Shown: in pieces, positions 1-11,584 of the stretch
How positions within the stretch are numbered: position 1 is the stretch's first letter
Layout: the number at the start of each line of letters is the position of its first letter
Assembly (NCBI GenBank): GCA_951406725.2
Contig: OX597815.1
Span: 185,070,001-185,134,000 of the forward strand
DNA length: 64,000 bases
Direction of reading: 5' to 3'
From: Octopus vulgaris
Lineage: Eukaryota
The notes under the pieces: generated by a model
What the model was told of the DNA's origin: nothing
Database searches by the model: none
Seen by the model: the letters and a program-made list of their open reading frames with translations, nothing else
Made by a program: the position numbers and the translations under genes

Positions 1-316
1 TAGATAAATAATAATATTAACAAATACATTGTAAATATAACGGAGGAAGCAGGTATATAAATCGGGATTAAAGTGAAAGTGTATCTTTTTTTATATATGG
101 TACTGTAAGGAATTTCCTATGAAAACTATGTAAAACTTATTTATATGAATTCTGTTTTACTAGACCAGTTCAGCTGCGAAATTTTATAATTTTTCAATTA
201 TTTGACTGCTATGAAAGCACTTGAAAATTTGAATATTAATAAAAGTACATAAACCCCATTTTCTAAGACGACTAACATTAGTTTTTAGTGTACAGTTTTA
301 TCAATATTTAGAATAT

Positions 317-335
317 AGTAGTAGTAGTAGTAGTA

Positions 336-393
<58 letters not shown>
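317..393. repeat. (TAG)n(TAA)n microsatellite, left flank of the Dong element
   Basis: Directly visible trinucleotide repeats. Confidence 0.95.
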
Positions 394-395
<2 letters not shown>

Positions 396-2159
396 GAATA
401 AATGGCAAACAGTCCTACACCTCCAAACAAAAGAGGGACTCATGAAAACCAAAGACATCCCCATTAGAAGAGGAATATTCCAGGGAGATACGCTCTCTCC
501 ACTCCTTTTCTGCTTAGCACTGTCACCTCTATCTGATATGCTAAATAGAACTGGATGCGGATATAAATGTTACGGCAAAACGATCAGCCACCTTTTATAT
601 ATGGATGACCTAAAACTATACGCTGCAAATGACAAACAGCTGGAAACACTATTAAAGACAGTTCATGGATTTACCAAAGAAATAGATATGAAATTTGGAT
701 TAGAAAAATGCGTCAAAGTAACCATGAAAAGAGGAAAACTAGTTAAGAGTAACAACATCACACTAGATGAAGCAAATGAAATAAAAGAATTAGACCAAAG
801 CCAAACTTACAAATACTTAGGAATCCATGAACTAGATAAGACACAACACACACAAATGAAAGAGAAAATAAAAAAAGAATATTATAGACGAGTTAGATCA
901 ATACTAAACACAGAGCTCAATGCTAAAAACAAGATAATAGGTATCAACACTTTAGCTGTCCCAGTTATAAGTTACAGCTACAATATCCTTAACTGGACAC
1001 GAAATGAACTGACCAAAATAGACAGGAAAACAAGAAAAATAATGACAGGATCTAGGATGCATCACCCAAAATCTGACATAGAAAGACTATATATACAACG
1101 TATAGAAGGTGGTAGAGGCCTTATACAGCTGGAAAACTACTATAAAATAACCACCATAGGACTGCAAAAATATCTACTTCAGAAGGAAGGAAAACTGATC
1201 CAGATAGCGGCAAAACACGAGCAAAACAAAAAACTGTTCTCAGTATTTAAGGAAGCTGACAAATACAAACAAGAAATCATACCACCTAATAAACATGAAG
1301 AAGAAGAAGAAGAAGATGAAGAAACAACAAAAGCTATAAAAAAAATGAAATCCAAACTAAAAATAGAACAGCAACGAACCATGATAAAACGATGGCAAGA
1401 AAAGCCCCTTCATGGTAAATACTGGACTAAACTAAACGCAAAAGAAATAGACAAAGAAAAATCCCAGCAATGGTTGAGAAGCTCAGGACTCAAAGCAGAA
1501 ACAGAGGGATTTTTAATTGCAGCACAAGACCAAAGCCTCCCCACCAGAAATTACCAAAAACATGTAATGAAAAGAAATATTACAAGTAACTGCAGAATAT
1601 GTGGAGATGGACAAGAAACAATAAATCATATTATCTCTAGCTGCCCAGTCCTGGCTAAGAAGGAATATATTCACAGACATGACAGAGTTGGAACTTACAT
1701 ACATTGGAAGCTATGCCAACATTATGGAATAACAACAGAAAAAAGATGGTATAGGCACACACCAGAAAAGGTCACAGAAAACGAGAAAGCAACCATACTC
1801 TGGGATATGCCAATACACACAGATAGAGAAATTAAGGCCAACAGACCAGATATAGTTGTCAGAGACCATGAAGAAAAAAATGCTTTCTAATTGATGTATC
1901 AGTACCGGCAGATGACAACGTGTCTCTAAAAGAAATGGAGAAACTCTCAAAATACAAAGACCTGGAAATAGAGGTAACTAGAATGTGGAATCTGAAAACA
2001 GAAACAATTCCTATCATAGTAGGTGCATTAGGCATGATAAAAAAATATTCAGACAAATACATAACAAAAACACCAGGACTTACAAACACATATAACATAC
2101 AGAAAATTGCACTACTAGGCACTGCACACATCCTACGCAGAACACTTTCCATACAATAA
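394..2159 (+). pseudogene. C-terminal part of RT-CCHC-RLE polyprotein, split by a single 1-nt frameshift in the A-run at 1874-1880
   Basis: ORFs 394-1890 and 1920-2159 join into RDHEEKKCFLIDVSVPADDNVSLKEMEKLSKYKDL if one A is added; no other disablements seen. Confidence 0.88.
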
Positions 2160-2262
2160 CCATCAGAGCATCACAACAAATCACAGCACATACCCAAGGC
2201 ACACAGAGCTGCGCTCGGTAGTGAAGTGAAAGCACGCTATAAAAATAAAAATAAAACTACTG
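394..2262 (+). mobile_element. 5'-truncated R4/Dong-clade non-LTR retrotransposon inserted in a (TAA)n microsatellite
   Basis: RT motifs GIFQGDTLSPLLF, HLLYMDDLKLY and GGRGL; CCHC knuckle CRICGDGQETINHIISSC; restriction-like endonuclease RHD...RPDIV...D...K..KY; ~100 nt 3' UTR. (TAA)n lies on both sides, the known target of Dong elements. Confidence 0.9.
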
Positions 2263-2455
<193 letters not shown>

Positions 2456-3112
2456 AAATTAAAAGGCTTCTTTTCTTGAAAAAATGATTTACTTTGTTTA
2501 GTCATATCCATTTCAAATATTAAATCACATCAGTGTTAAGCACGAAGAAGCAAAATAAAATAATTAAAGAAAAAAAAAAATAAACAAAGACTAAGGCAAG
2601 AACGACTTCAAGGCATATTACTTTGATGAAAAGGAAGTTCTTTCTCTTCAAAATTACATTTCACTCAAACAAAAATTGGAATGTTTCTTCGAGTCGTAAT
2701 TAGCAGATCGATTTTGAATGCAAAAGGAAACACGGAGATGAAATTGAGTAACAGCTTTGCAATTCAAACATTTTCTTTCACGAAAAACAAAATAATTAGC
2801 GTTGAGAACGGAATCAATAGATGTGCGTCGTTTTATCTCGTTTGTTTTTCTTCCATATTTGTCAGTACTAATATTTCGTTCATGCTCTGTATCTCTCAAT
2901 TTCTCGTTCGTTTACATAGTAATAACTTAGGAAGAGCAATAGAATTTCATTGATCTAGTCTTTCGTATTTTATAAGCTACCATGGAGATCTGTCCATATG
3001 CCTTATTTCGCATTATTCACAGGTTATATCGCATATCAAATGACTTGGTAAGTCTGTAAAGTCAACTAATTCACACTATGGCTATATATATATATATATA
3101 TATATGTTATAT

Positions 3113-3221
3113 GGCCTGCTCGCTTAGCCTGCGGGATGGCGTCATTCGAAGGCTAAAACAATGCGAACGCATTGTGACCAGCGATGTGTAACTACATCTG
3201 ATGGACTGGTCGGTCACGTGA
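3113..3221 (+). mobile_element. 3' tail-only copy of SINE family C (ends TCACGTGA) inside (TA)n
   Basis: Near-identical to the reverse complement of 44413-44530 and of 51136-51252. Confidence 0.75.
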
Positions 3222-3229
3222 TATATATA

Positions 3230-3278
<49 letters not shown>

Positions 3279-3280
<2 letters not shown>

Positions 3281-3449
3281 AGATAAGCCACCCATAATTG
3301 GATACAACTCACCCAACAAGAACTCACTACTTGAACAAAACTTGACTTAAACAGGATTCGAATAATCCTATCAGGTGGTGCTATTAAGTTAGACATGGCC
3401 TGGACCAATCTTTGGTCGAAACATATCTAAGTTTATCTAAGTTTACCTA

Positions 3450-3455
<6 letters not shown>
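3279..3455 (+). mobile_element. CR1-like LINE 3' end with (CTAAGTTTA)n tail
   Basis: Encodes PDKPPIIGYNSPNKNSLLE; shares CAGGTGGTGCTATTAAGTTAGACATGGCCTGG with 4420-4727 and 6207-6760; tandem 9-nt tail. Confidence 0.7.
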
Positions 3456-3496
<41 letters not shown>

Positions 3497-3500
<4 letters not shown>

Positions 3501-3764
3501 TTATAAAAATAATTAAGGGTTTAGCAACAAGTTGCTTCACCTCATACCGAAAATTTAGAAATAGCAGCCAAAAGACCGCTACTTCTTTTTCGTACACAAA
3601 TATGTCTACACAGATAACAATATTTGTAAATCACAAAGGTAAAAAGAAGAAAAATAATGAAATCAAGCAGTCTTCGATTAATTGTGGACGTGTTTCTGGA
3701 TTAGAATATTAAAAATTAATTTCCTTTGTCAACATAATATTTCGAGAATTATAAATTTCTAATG

Positions 3765-3770
<6 letters not shown>
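3497..3770 (-). mobile_element. Non-autonomous repeat, probably Penelope-derived, with a truncated hammerhead 3' half (GAAA-CACG-UC)
   Basis: Reverse complement aligns to 18430-18712 and 4260-4390; sits in (TA)n. Confidence 0.45.
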
Positions 3771-3832
<62 letters not shown>

Positions 3833-3978
3833 TTATTTGAGGGAATAAAATCCAAACTTACAAGGAAAAACTTCAATTAAAAAATACTAAATCAAATTTC
3901 ACACAATACAATATATATATAAAAAATTAATTGTTTAATTAATTTAATTGTTCATTCTGAATTGATAAAAGGTGTTTT

Positions 3979-4011
<33 letters not shown>

Positions 4012-4115
4012 TTCCGGGAGAGTTGAGGAATTAATAGACATAATAGAATGTCTACCAGCTGATGCATGTCATTTTTGTATATTTTCCATTTTCTTTTTGC
4101 CGTATATATAATGAT

Positions 4116-4214
<99 letters not shown>

Positions 4215-4419
4215 CAAGGGTAAATTTATTTAATTAATTAATCAAGTAATCAATTTTGCCTACTTAAAAAACTGTGTTACTGTCTGGGAGATCCTCATGG
4301 AAGCAGAAAAGGCATTTTAACTCCTATTTCTAAATTCGGTGCTTGCCGAAGCAATCAAGTGACCACTGATTATAATTATGTTTATAATTATAGAATACAC
4401 ACACATACATATATATTTC

Positions 4420-4727
4420 GCACCACATAACGACAATACGGCACAACTATTTCACCTCAATTGGACCCGCTCTCTTCAACATTACACCAGGACACGTCAG
4501 AAAAGAAACTGACCACACAAAATTCAAGAAGTCTTTGGACAAATTCCTTCAAACAGTCCCGGACAAACCACCCACACCCGGATATGTCTCCGCAAACAAT
4601 AACTCTCTGCTCGAATGGGCCTTGGTACCCAAATCCTGAATTGAAAGACTTCGCCAGGTGGTGCTATTAAGTTAGACATGGCCTGGGCCAATACTGGCCA
4701 AAACCTTTCTAAGTTATTCTAAGTTAT
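4420..4727 (+). mobile_element. CR1-like LINE 3' end
   Basis: Translates to HNYFTSIGPALFNITPGHVRKETDHTKFKKSLDKFLQTVPDKPPTPGYVSANNNSLLEW*, then a shared 3' UTR and a TCTAAGTTA tail. Confidence 0.8.
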
Positions 4728-4731
4728 ATAT

Positions 4732-4778
<47 letters not shown>

Positions 4779-5229
4779 TATTTGTGTATGTGTATGTGCG
4801 TGTGTGTGTGTGTGAATAATATGTATGTATGTATGTATGTGCATGTTCGTAAATATTAGTAGATCAGAGTTATTAAAACTAACACATTAAATTTTTGATA
4901 TGATTGGCATTCGACAGTCCAGTAATCCCTTATTGTAGCTTTGGATAAAAGAGACTGGGTTTTCTGCTAAAATTAAATTGTCATTGCGAGAACGATCACG
5001 CCACAGACAAAGCGAAACTTTTGCTTCAGCTGAAAGAATAAAACTGAATGTCAGAAATCCTCATCTCACATTCAGACTGTTATTTACGAATAGACGAGAT
5101 TATCCAAACTGTTATATACGAACTTATTTGCGGTACTTATGGAGACATACAATTTTGTGCCCGTAAAAATTACAGTTTGGTAACGGTACACTTCAATCAG
5201 TCAGTCAATTAATCTATCAATCGATCGAA

Positions 5230-5812
5230 GGTGGCGAGCTGGCAGAAACGTTAGCACACCGGGCAAAATGCTTAGCGGTATTTCGTCTGCCGCTACGTTC
5301 TGAGTTCAAATTCCGCCGAGGTCAACTTTGCCTTTCATCCTTTCGTGGTCTATAGATTAAGTACCAGTTACGCACTGGGGTCGATATAATCGACCTAATC
5401 CCTTTGTCTGTCCTTGTTTGTCCTCTCTGTGTTTAGCCCCTTGCGGGTCGTAAAGAAATCGGTATTTCGTCTGCCGCTACGTTCTGAGTTCAAATTCCAC
5501 CGAGGTCGACTTTACCTTTCATCCTTTCGTGGTCGATAAATTAAGTACCAGTTACTCACTAGGGTCGATATAATCGACTTAATCCGTTTGTTTGTCCTTG
5601 TTTGTCCTCTCTGTGTTTAGCCCCCTGTGGGTAGTAAATAAATAGGTATTTCGTCTCTATTTACGTTCTGAGTTCAAATTCCGCCGAGGTTGATTTAGCC
5701 TTTCATCCTTTTGGGGCCGATAAATTAAGTACCAGTTCCGTACTGGGATCGATCTAATCGACTGTTCTTCTACACAAACATTTGGGACTTTGTGCATAGA
5801 ATGGAAAAGAAT
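5230..5812 (+). mobile_element. SINE family A (GGCGGCGAGCTGGCAGAA head), trimeric copy with 184-bp internal repeats
   Basis: tRNA-like A/B boxes (TGGCAGAAACG, GAGTTCAAATTCC); units restart at 5277, 5461 and 5645; many homologous copies in the window. Confidence 0.85.
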
Positions 5813-6065
5813 TTATCAATCGATTTATAAGTCTCCCTGCGTATATATACGGTATATATAAGCATATATCGTGCACAGACAGGGTGCCGAATGCACTTTT
5901 GCTGAAGGACAAGCAACCTAATCCAAGGAGCTGAACGGACACAATAATGTAAAACAAAAAACATTCCTACCTACATAGTTTAATGATAAATTCAGTCTAT
6001 CAAACGTTCATATTGAAGGAATACAATGATTATCATATATTGTAATTTTTTGTCTGTCTCCTCTT

Positions 6066-6190
6066 CGCGACCTGTTCCCTGACAAAATTTCGTGCTGCAT
6101 CTGAATTTTGTCAGCGAACAGGTCGCGGTTTCAAAGACGCGAAAATATTCTGGAAAATTAACTTTAAATGTTGAATTGAATCTAACGGTT
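6066..6190. mobile_element. Inverted-repeat element with a degenerate G3-C8 hammerhead motif, same family as 61898-62156
   Basis: Hairpin 6066-6127 (CGCGACCTGTTC..TGACAAAAT / ATTTTGTCA..GAACAGGTCGCG); shares GAAAATATT...TTTAAATGTT...ATCTAACGGTT with 61995-62050. Confidence 0.65.
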
Positions 6191-6206
6191 ATATATATAT
6201 ATATAT

Positions 6207-6760
6207 GTAAAACTTAGATATATTTAGACCAGAGATTGGTCTATTCCATGTCTAACTTAAGAGCACCACCTGATAGGATTCCATAAATCCTTTTTATATC
6301 AAGTTTTGTGGTATCATGGTCCATTCCTGTAAGGAGCTCTTGTTGAGTGAATTGTATCCAGGTATAGGTGGATTATCTGGTATTCCTTGAAGAAATTTGT
6401 CGAGATTCCGTTTAAAGGTAATGGGATCCTTTTCCTCTTTGATCTTATTTTTGGACAATGTTAAATATGGTAGGGCCTGTTGAGGAAAAGAAATTGTGGT
6501 GAGGTGTATGTATGTGTTGTAATCCTGAATTGAATAGCAGACGTATGACCAGTGGTCCTAGCCTTGGATAAATTTTGAAGCTAATGTTGAGGTCGTGCAA
6601 ATGATGTATCGCTCGCGGCGGTACTGGAGAGAATAGTTTCAATGCTTTAAGGCGGTCCCAGTAATCGAGATCAGGCATGCCCTTAATTGGTTTAGTAAAT
6701 GCCATCTGAGGTGATTCAATTTTCGAGATATTTTTTTTTTTTTGTATGGGAAGACGAAGA
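6207..6760 (-). mobile_element. CR1-like LINE 3' fragment
   Basis: Minus-strand translation includes DLDYWDRLKALKLFS and HHNFFSSTGPTIFNI; same 3' UTR as 3279-3455 and 4420-4727. Confidence 0.8.
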
Positions 6761-7479
6761 AAATGTGAATAGAGTAAAAGTGTAAATGGGGAATAAGTGT
6801 ACACATGACGAACAGAGACCGGCAACGATTGTAATAGTAAGATGTTTCGAGTGCTAAACTACTTCTTTCATTAACAGACGTCCCCATAGATTTTATTGAT
6901 GGATATGTGCATTCAATTGGATTTGAATGTATTAAACCCTTTGGGGATTTAATACAAAACCATTTAGAAACCTAAACTTCAGGTAATTTTTAAGACACTC
7001 TCTTTCGTTCGTTATATATGTGTATACTCTGAGTACAATTTATTATGAAGTTCGGCGCTATAAATAATTCTTTTCCACACACTGCTAATATAAATCTGTT
7101 AAAGATCTGCTGTTTGGGGCTATTTGCTTCGACCTAAATGAAATAAGCACTTTATTTGTTTGATATCTAGCCAATCTTAAAGAGATTACGTCTGAAGAGA
7201 CATTTGCACGCTAATGAAAAATCGGTTTCTTGTTTAATTATGCAGAAAATGTACTGAAATATAAGCATTTGTAAAGCTCGTTATCGTATTACTGACAAAC
7301 AGATTCACGATTGCTAACGAGAATTTCGTTTCAGAGTTTCACTGCAAACTTTCATATTAGTTTTCGTGAAGAGGTACGAAATCATTTATCTTGAAAATTA
7401 GCTTGAAGGTGGAAAAGTTTAGCATATATTCATTAACCCGATATAGATGAAATGTTGTATTTTATATTTTATGTTATAT

Positions 7480-7887
7480 TGTTTCCATGGACTGCGGCCA
7501 TGCTGGGGCACCTTCTTGAAAGGTTTAGTTGAACAAATCTATTTCCGTTCTTATTTCTTAGTTCTTATTCTATAGATCTTTTTTGCTGAACCGCTACTTT
7601 ACGGTGACACAAGCTGACCAACATCGTTTGACAAGCGGTGGGAGTATGTGTGTGTATGTGTGTGTGTGTGTGTATGTGTCTGTGTCTGTGTGTATGTGTG
7701 TGTATGTGTGTGTGTATGTGTGTGTGTACGGTAATCATATTTCGTTTTCCGTTTAAATAATCCACTCACAAGGTTTTTGTTGGCCAGGAGCTATAGCAGA
7801 AGATGAGCAAGAGGTACCGCGCAGTCGAACTGAACCCGTAATATAGAAGCAAAATTCTTACCACATAGCCACAGCCACAGCTGCGCC
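7480..7887 (-). mobile_element. SINE family B, degenerate copy
   Basis: Homologous to the reverse complement of 11585-11990 (ACTGCGGCCATGCTGGGGCACC ... AATCCACTCACAAGG). Confidence 0.65.
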
Positions 7888-7934
7888 CAAGAAATAACTG
7901 GTATGGCAATCAAAAATATTTGAAACAACAAATA

Positions 7935-8123
7935 ATGGCTTCAAATTTTGCCACAAGATGAGTAATTCTTAGGTTGTCGATGTAAAGTTTGGTATGCTCA
8001 ACTGATACTTATTTTATCGATGCAAAAAAAGGTCGAAAGGAAAAGATGACTCCGGCGAATATTGAACTTATATCTTAATTAAGGAGACGAAATACCGTTT
8101 TGACATTTTGTCAGCTCGCCGTC
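7935..8123 (-). mobile_element. SINE family A, old degenerate copy
   Basis: CAGCTCGCC head remnant and GAAAGGAAAAGATGACTCCGGCG similar to the family consensus. Confidence 0.5.
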
Positions 8124-8659
8124 TTGAAATAATGTAAAGTTTAACATAAAACGTATTTCTAACGTTTCCTTAGAGATTTCACTTACCAATTCTTTGAAGC
8201 CTACTTATATTTGAATCCATTTAATGCTTTGTCCAAAGGGGTCTCTCTCGTATATTTTATGCAATGTATCAACGACAATACAGCTAACTGGACATCTAAC
8301 TATTTAAGATATAGCTAATTAATGTTTTAATTAAATACAGCAATAAGTTTAATAATTTTTGTTGCTGAGAAGTTAGATAGTGACATCTGTTGAGCGTCGG
8401 ACAAATCAAGTTGCGGTGTGGTTTTTGTTTATTTTTTACTTTAAGGCCTGATTTGAAATACCAGTTAATTTCTCATGCCCTTTACCTTGTGCAGATCGCA
8501 AAATAAGTACTGTGATCACGCGTTGGTAACTGCACAACACGAGATAAATTTACAATAATTAAAAATACACAAACTACCTACGTGAATATACGGCGGAAAT
8601 ATGTTAAAAGCTGAAAGTTCTCCAGCTTGTAGCAAATACTTATTTTCATTAGAGTAGAA

Positions 8660-8850
8660 TGATAAAAAGGCAATGATCTGACTCTGTTGTAGCACGCCGG
8701 TTAAAATGTTCAACTGAATTCCGTCCAGCTTTACATTCTGAATTCAAATTCCACCGAGGTCGACTTTACCCTTCATCCTTTCAGGTTCGCTAAAATAACT
8801 ACCCCACTTCTCCAAAGATTCAGGACTTGTGCCTATAGCAGACAGGGCAA
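8660..8850 (+). mobile_element. SINE family A, degenerate copy
   Basis: TTAGCACGCCGG-like start and TTCAAATTCCACCGAGGTCGACTTTACCCTTCATCCTTTC. Confidence 0.6.
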
Positions 8851-9526
8851 TAATGAAATGCTACACCAGTTGAAGATGTAATAGGCATAATGTCAATTTT
8901 TACAGAATGATATCATAGAATGTACGTAGAATATCACTAATTGATTAGAAAGTTTTAACAAGAGGAAAATCTACTGATGTATCGTGTAACAAAATATAGT
9001 GTTATATTGCACGCATCACTTCTCGTTTGTTAATACTTTACAAGCTGAAATCAAGAGCATTAACCTTTTTGTATATAAAAAAATTATGTATATTATCAGT
9101 TCATTAAACATCAAATTAGATATATGTCTTCTTTAATTAGACAGCACAAAATATTCATTAACATTTAACATTATGTAGACTATTGAATATTGTTAAGATC
9201 AATAACCCAGGAAGAGCTTTTATACAAAAGGGAAGTACATAAAACAAAGTTTAGTTCCTCAACACTTTTAATTATAGGAAACTTTCTAAAAACAAGATAC
9301 TTGTTTCATTATGTATACTGTACAATTTTGTGCGAGAAACTCAACTAGAAAATACATATAAATTCGGAATGGATGCATATAATATCATTAGAAATTTAAA
9401 GATCTCAAGAATTTTCCTGAATACGTTACAGAAATGTCTTGTAATTAAGCGCTTCTTTTAGTTTTCAAACATTCGAGCGAGTTACATACACATAAGATTA
9501 TCATATTGCAGAAGTATTTTTCTGAT

Positions 9527-10173
9527 TGTTCTCTCCTCCTCTTCATCTTCATTCTCCTCCCCTTCCCCTTAATTCTCCTCCCCTTCCCCTTCATTCTCCT
9601 CCCCTTCCCCTTAATTCTCCTCCCCTTCCCCAAATTCTCCTCCCCTTCCCCTTCATTCTCCTCCTCTTCCACTTCATCTTCATCTTCATCTTCATTCTTC
9701 TCCTCTTCATCTTCATCTTCATTCTTCTCCTTTTCATCTTCATCTTCATTCTTCTCCTCTTCATCTTCATCTTCATTCTTCTCCTTTTCATCTTCATCTT
9801 CATTCTTCTCCTCTTCATCTTCATTCTCCTCCCTTTCCTCTTCCACTTCATCCTCTTCCTCTTCCTCTTCCACTTCATCCTCCCTTTCCTCTTCCACTTC
9901 ATCTTCATTCTCCTCCCTTTCCTCTTCTACTTCATCCTCTTCCTCTACCACTTCATCCCCCTCCGCTTCCTCTTCCACTTCATCTTCTTCCGCTTCCACT
10001 TCATCCGCTTCCTCTTCCACTTCATCCTCTTCCGCTTCCACTTTATCTTCTTCCCCTTCCACTTCATCCTCCTCCTTTTCCTCTTCATTCTCCTACTCGT
10101 CCTCTTCCTCGTCCTCCTCCCTTCCTCCTCCTCTGCCTTCTCCTCCCTCCGTTTCTTCTTCTTCTTCTTCTTC
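9527..10173. repeat. ~650-bp polypyrimidine/polypurine triplet-based low-complexity tract with 21- and 27-bp higher-order units
   Basis: Repeated CTTCATTCTCCTCCCCTTCCC, TTCATTCTTCTCCTCTTCATCTTCATC and TTCCACTTCATCC units. Confidence 0.9.
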
Positions 10174-10398
10174 ACCACAATTAAACAACAATTACAAAAT
10201 TGTCATACACTTAAAGCACATAAACAAAAAAGAAGAAAAACAACAACATATTCTTTTACTGAGGGAAAACCCAAAACGGTCATTGTAACAAGAGTTTCAA
10301 AACAACTTTCTCTCCGGTTAAATAAGTTTTAAAGAATCAAGAAAACCGTGATTGACAAGCACTCAAAATTAATGAATTTGCATCAATAATAATGGAAG

Positions 10399-10450
<52 letters not shown>

Positions 10451-10829
10451 CGCTGCTGGAGAGGAAACACGACAATCGCTGCAAGCTTCTACCGGATGTT
10501 CTTCCTTCTTTCTCACATAGACATTAGCTCTGTTGAAATTTTCAAATAAAAGACACCTAACAATTATAATTAGTATACTTAGTTGAAAACAAAAGCAATA
10601 GAAACCAAGAAAATAAAATAGTAACTATGAAGCCAGAATTTCTTCATATGAACAAAGCTGAAAAGAAATACAAAAGCAAAAAATGAACTAACATAATCTG
10701 ATGAATGGCAGAAACTTACGATCAGATAATTGTTCTCATTATCCTCCTTGTTGATTCAAACATTGACGGCCATAATTGCCTCTTATTTTATATATTTATA
10801 TTTGTATCCTTTATTTTTTCAGTATCCTG

Positions 10830-11584
10830 TTAACAAGATCTCTATATCCAAAATCGGATCTTTACTGTTTGGCTGCAACTTTGGAAATTCTAAATTCAGT
10901 GAAAATTTTAAATTTGGTGTATTGGTGTGATTTTTTATGCTGAATCTCAGGAGATAATTCACTTTCCAGAAATTTTTTTTAAAAAGCTGCAGAGTGTTAA
11001 ATTTTGATAATTTTTACTCAAGCAGCAACCAGAATTTGGAAGCTGTCGTTTTGTGCGTGACAGAACGCGGTTTCGTGGAGGAATTCTGCTTTGCGCACGC
11101 CATATAACACATCATAATATTTTTTATGCTTTAGAATTTTCAGAAAACTTTTGCAAACTTGTATTCTACACACGAGAATTCATACGATTATGCAAAGAAT
11201 AAAAAAATGAAAATATTAGTGCGGGATTTAAGGCTTAAAACACGTGAACTGTGAGGTTATCGTGAGATATACTAAAATAATGGCATTTAAATGCAAAAAA
11301 TGACCATATGGTTAAGCAGTTTGGTAAGAGCTTGACTTGTTACTGTGGAATGAGCCACTTTATGCATGTGGTTTTCGATTGGCTAAAATTACTCAAAATT
11401 TGCAAACTTTAAAATCCATTAGCTCTTTATTTGTTGGTTTATGGCGAAAAGGAATTTCCAGTTAATGATTACCATACAAAACTGCATCAGTACACCAAAT
11501 ATGAAATCAATTAGAACAACAGTTGAATAAATTGAAAACTGTGAGCCAAACCGAAAAAATCCTTTAAATCTTCATGAACATATC
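10830..11584. mobile_element. Possible old non-autonomous DNA transposon with imperfect long inverted repeats; right end interrupted by a SINE
   Basis: TTTGGCT...ATTTGGTGTATTGGTG...TATG near 10868-10939 is roughly complementary to CATAC...CAGTACACCAAAT...AGCCAAA near 11472-11550. Confidence 0.3.

Noticed and set aside
1874-1880. Programmed -1 frameshift at A AAA AAU in the Dong ORF
   Set aside because: R4/Dong elements have a single ORF and the site lies inside the endonuclease motif; a homopolymer indel is the simpler explanation.
9445-10332. E/D-rich, S-rich and F/I/L-rich ORFs
   Set aside because: Low-complexity repeat open in several frames, with no domain or splice evidence.
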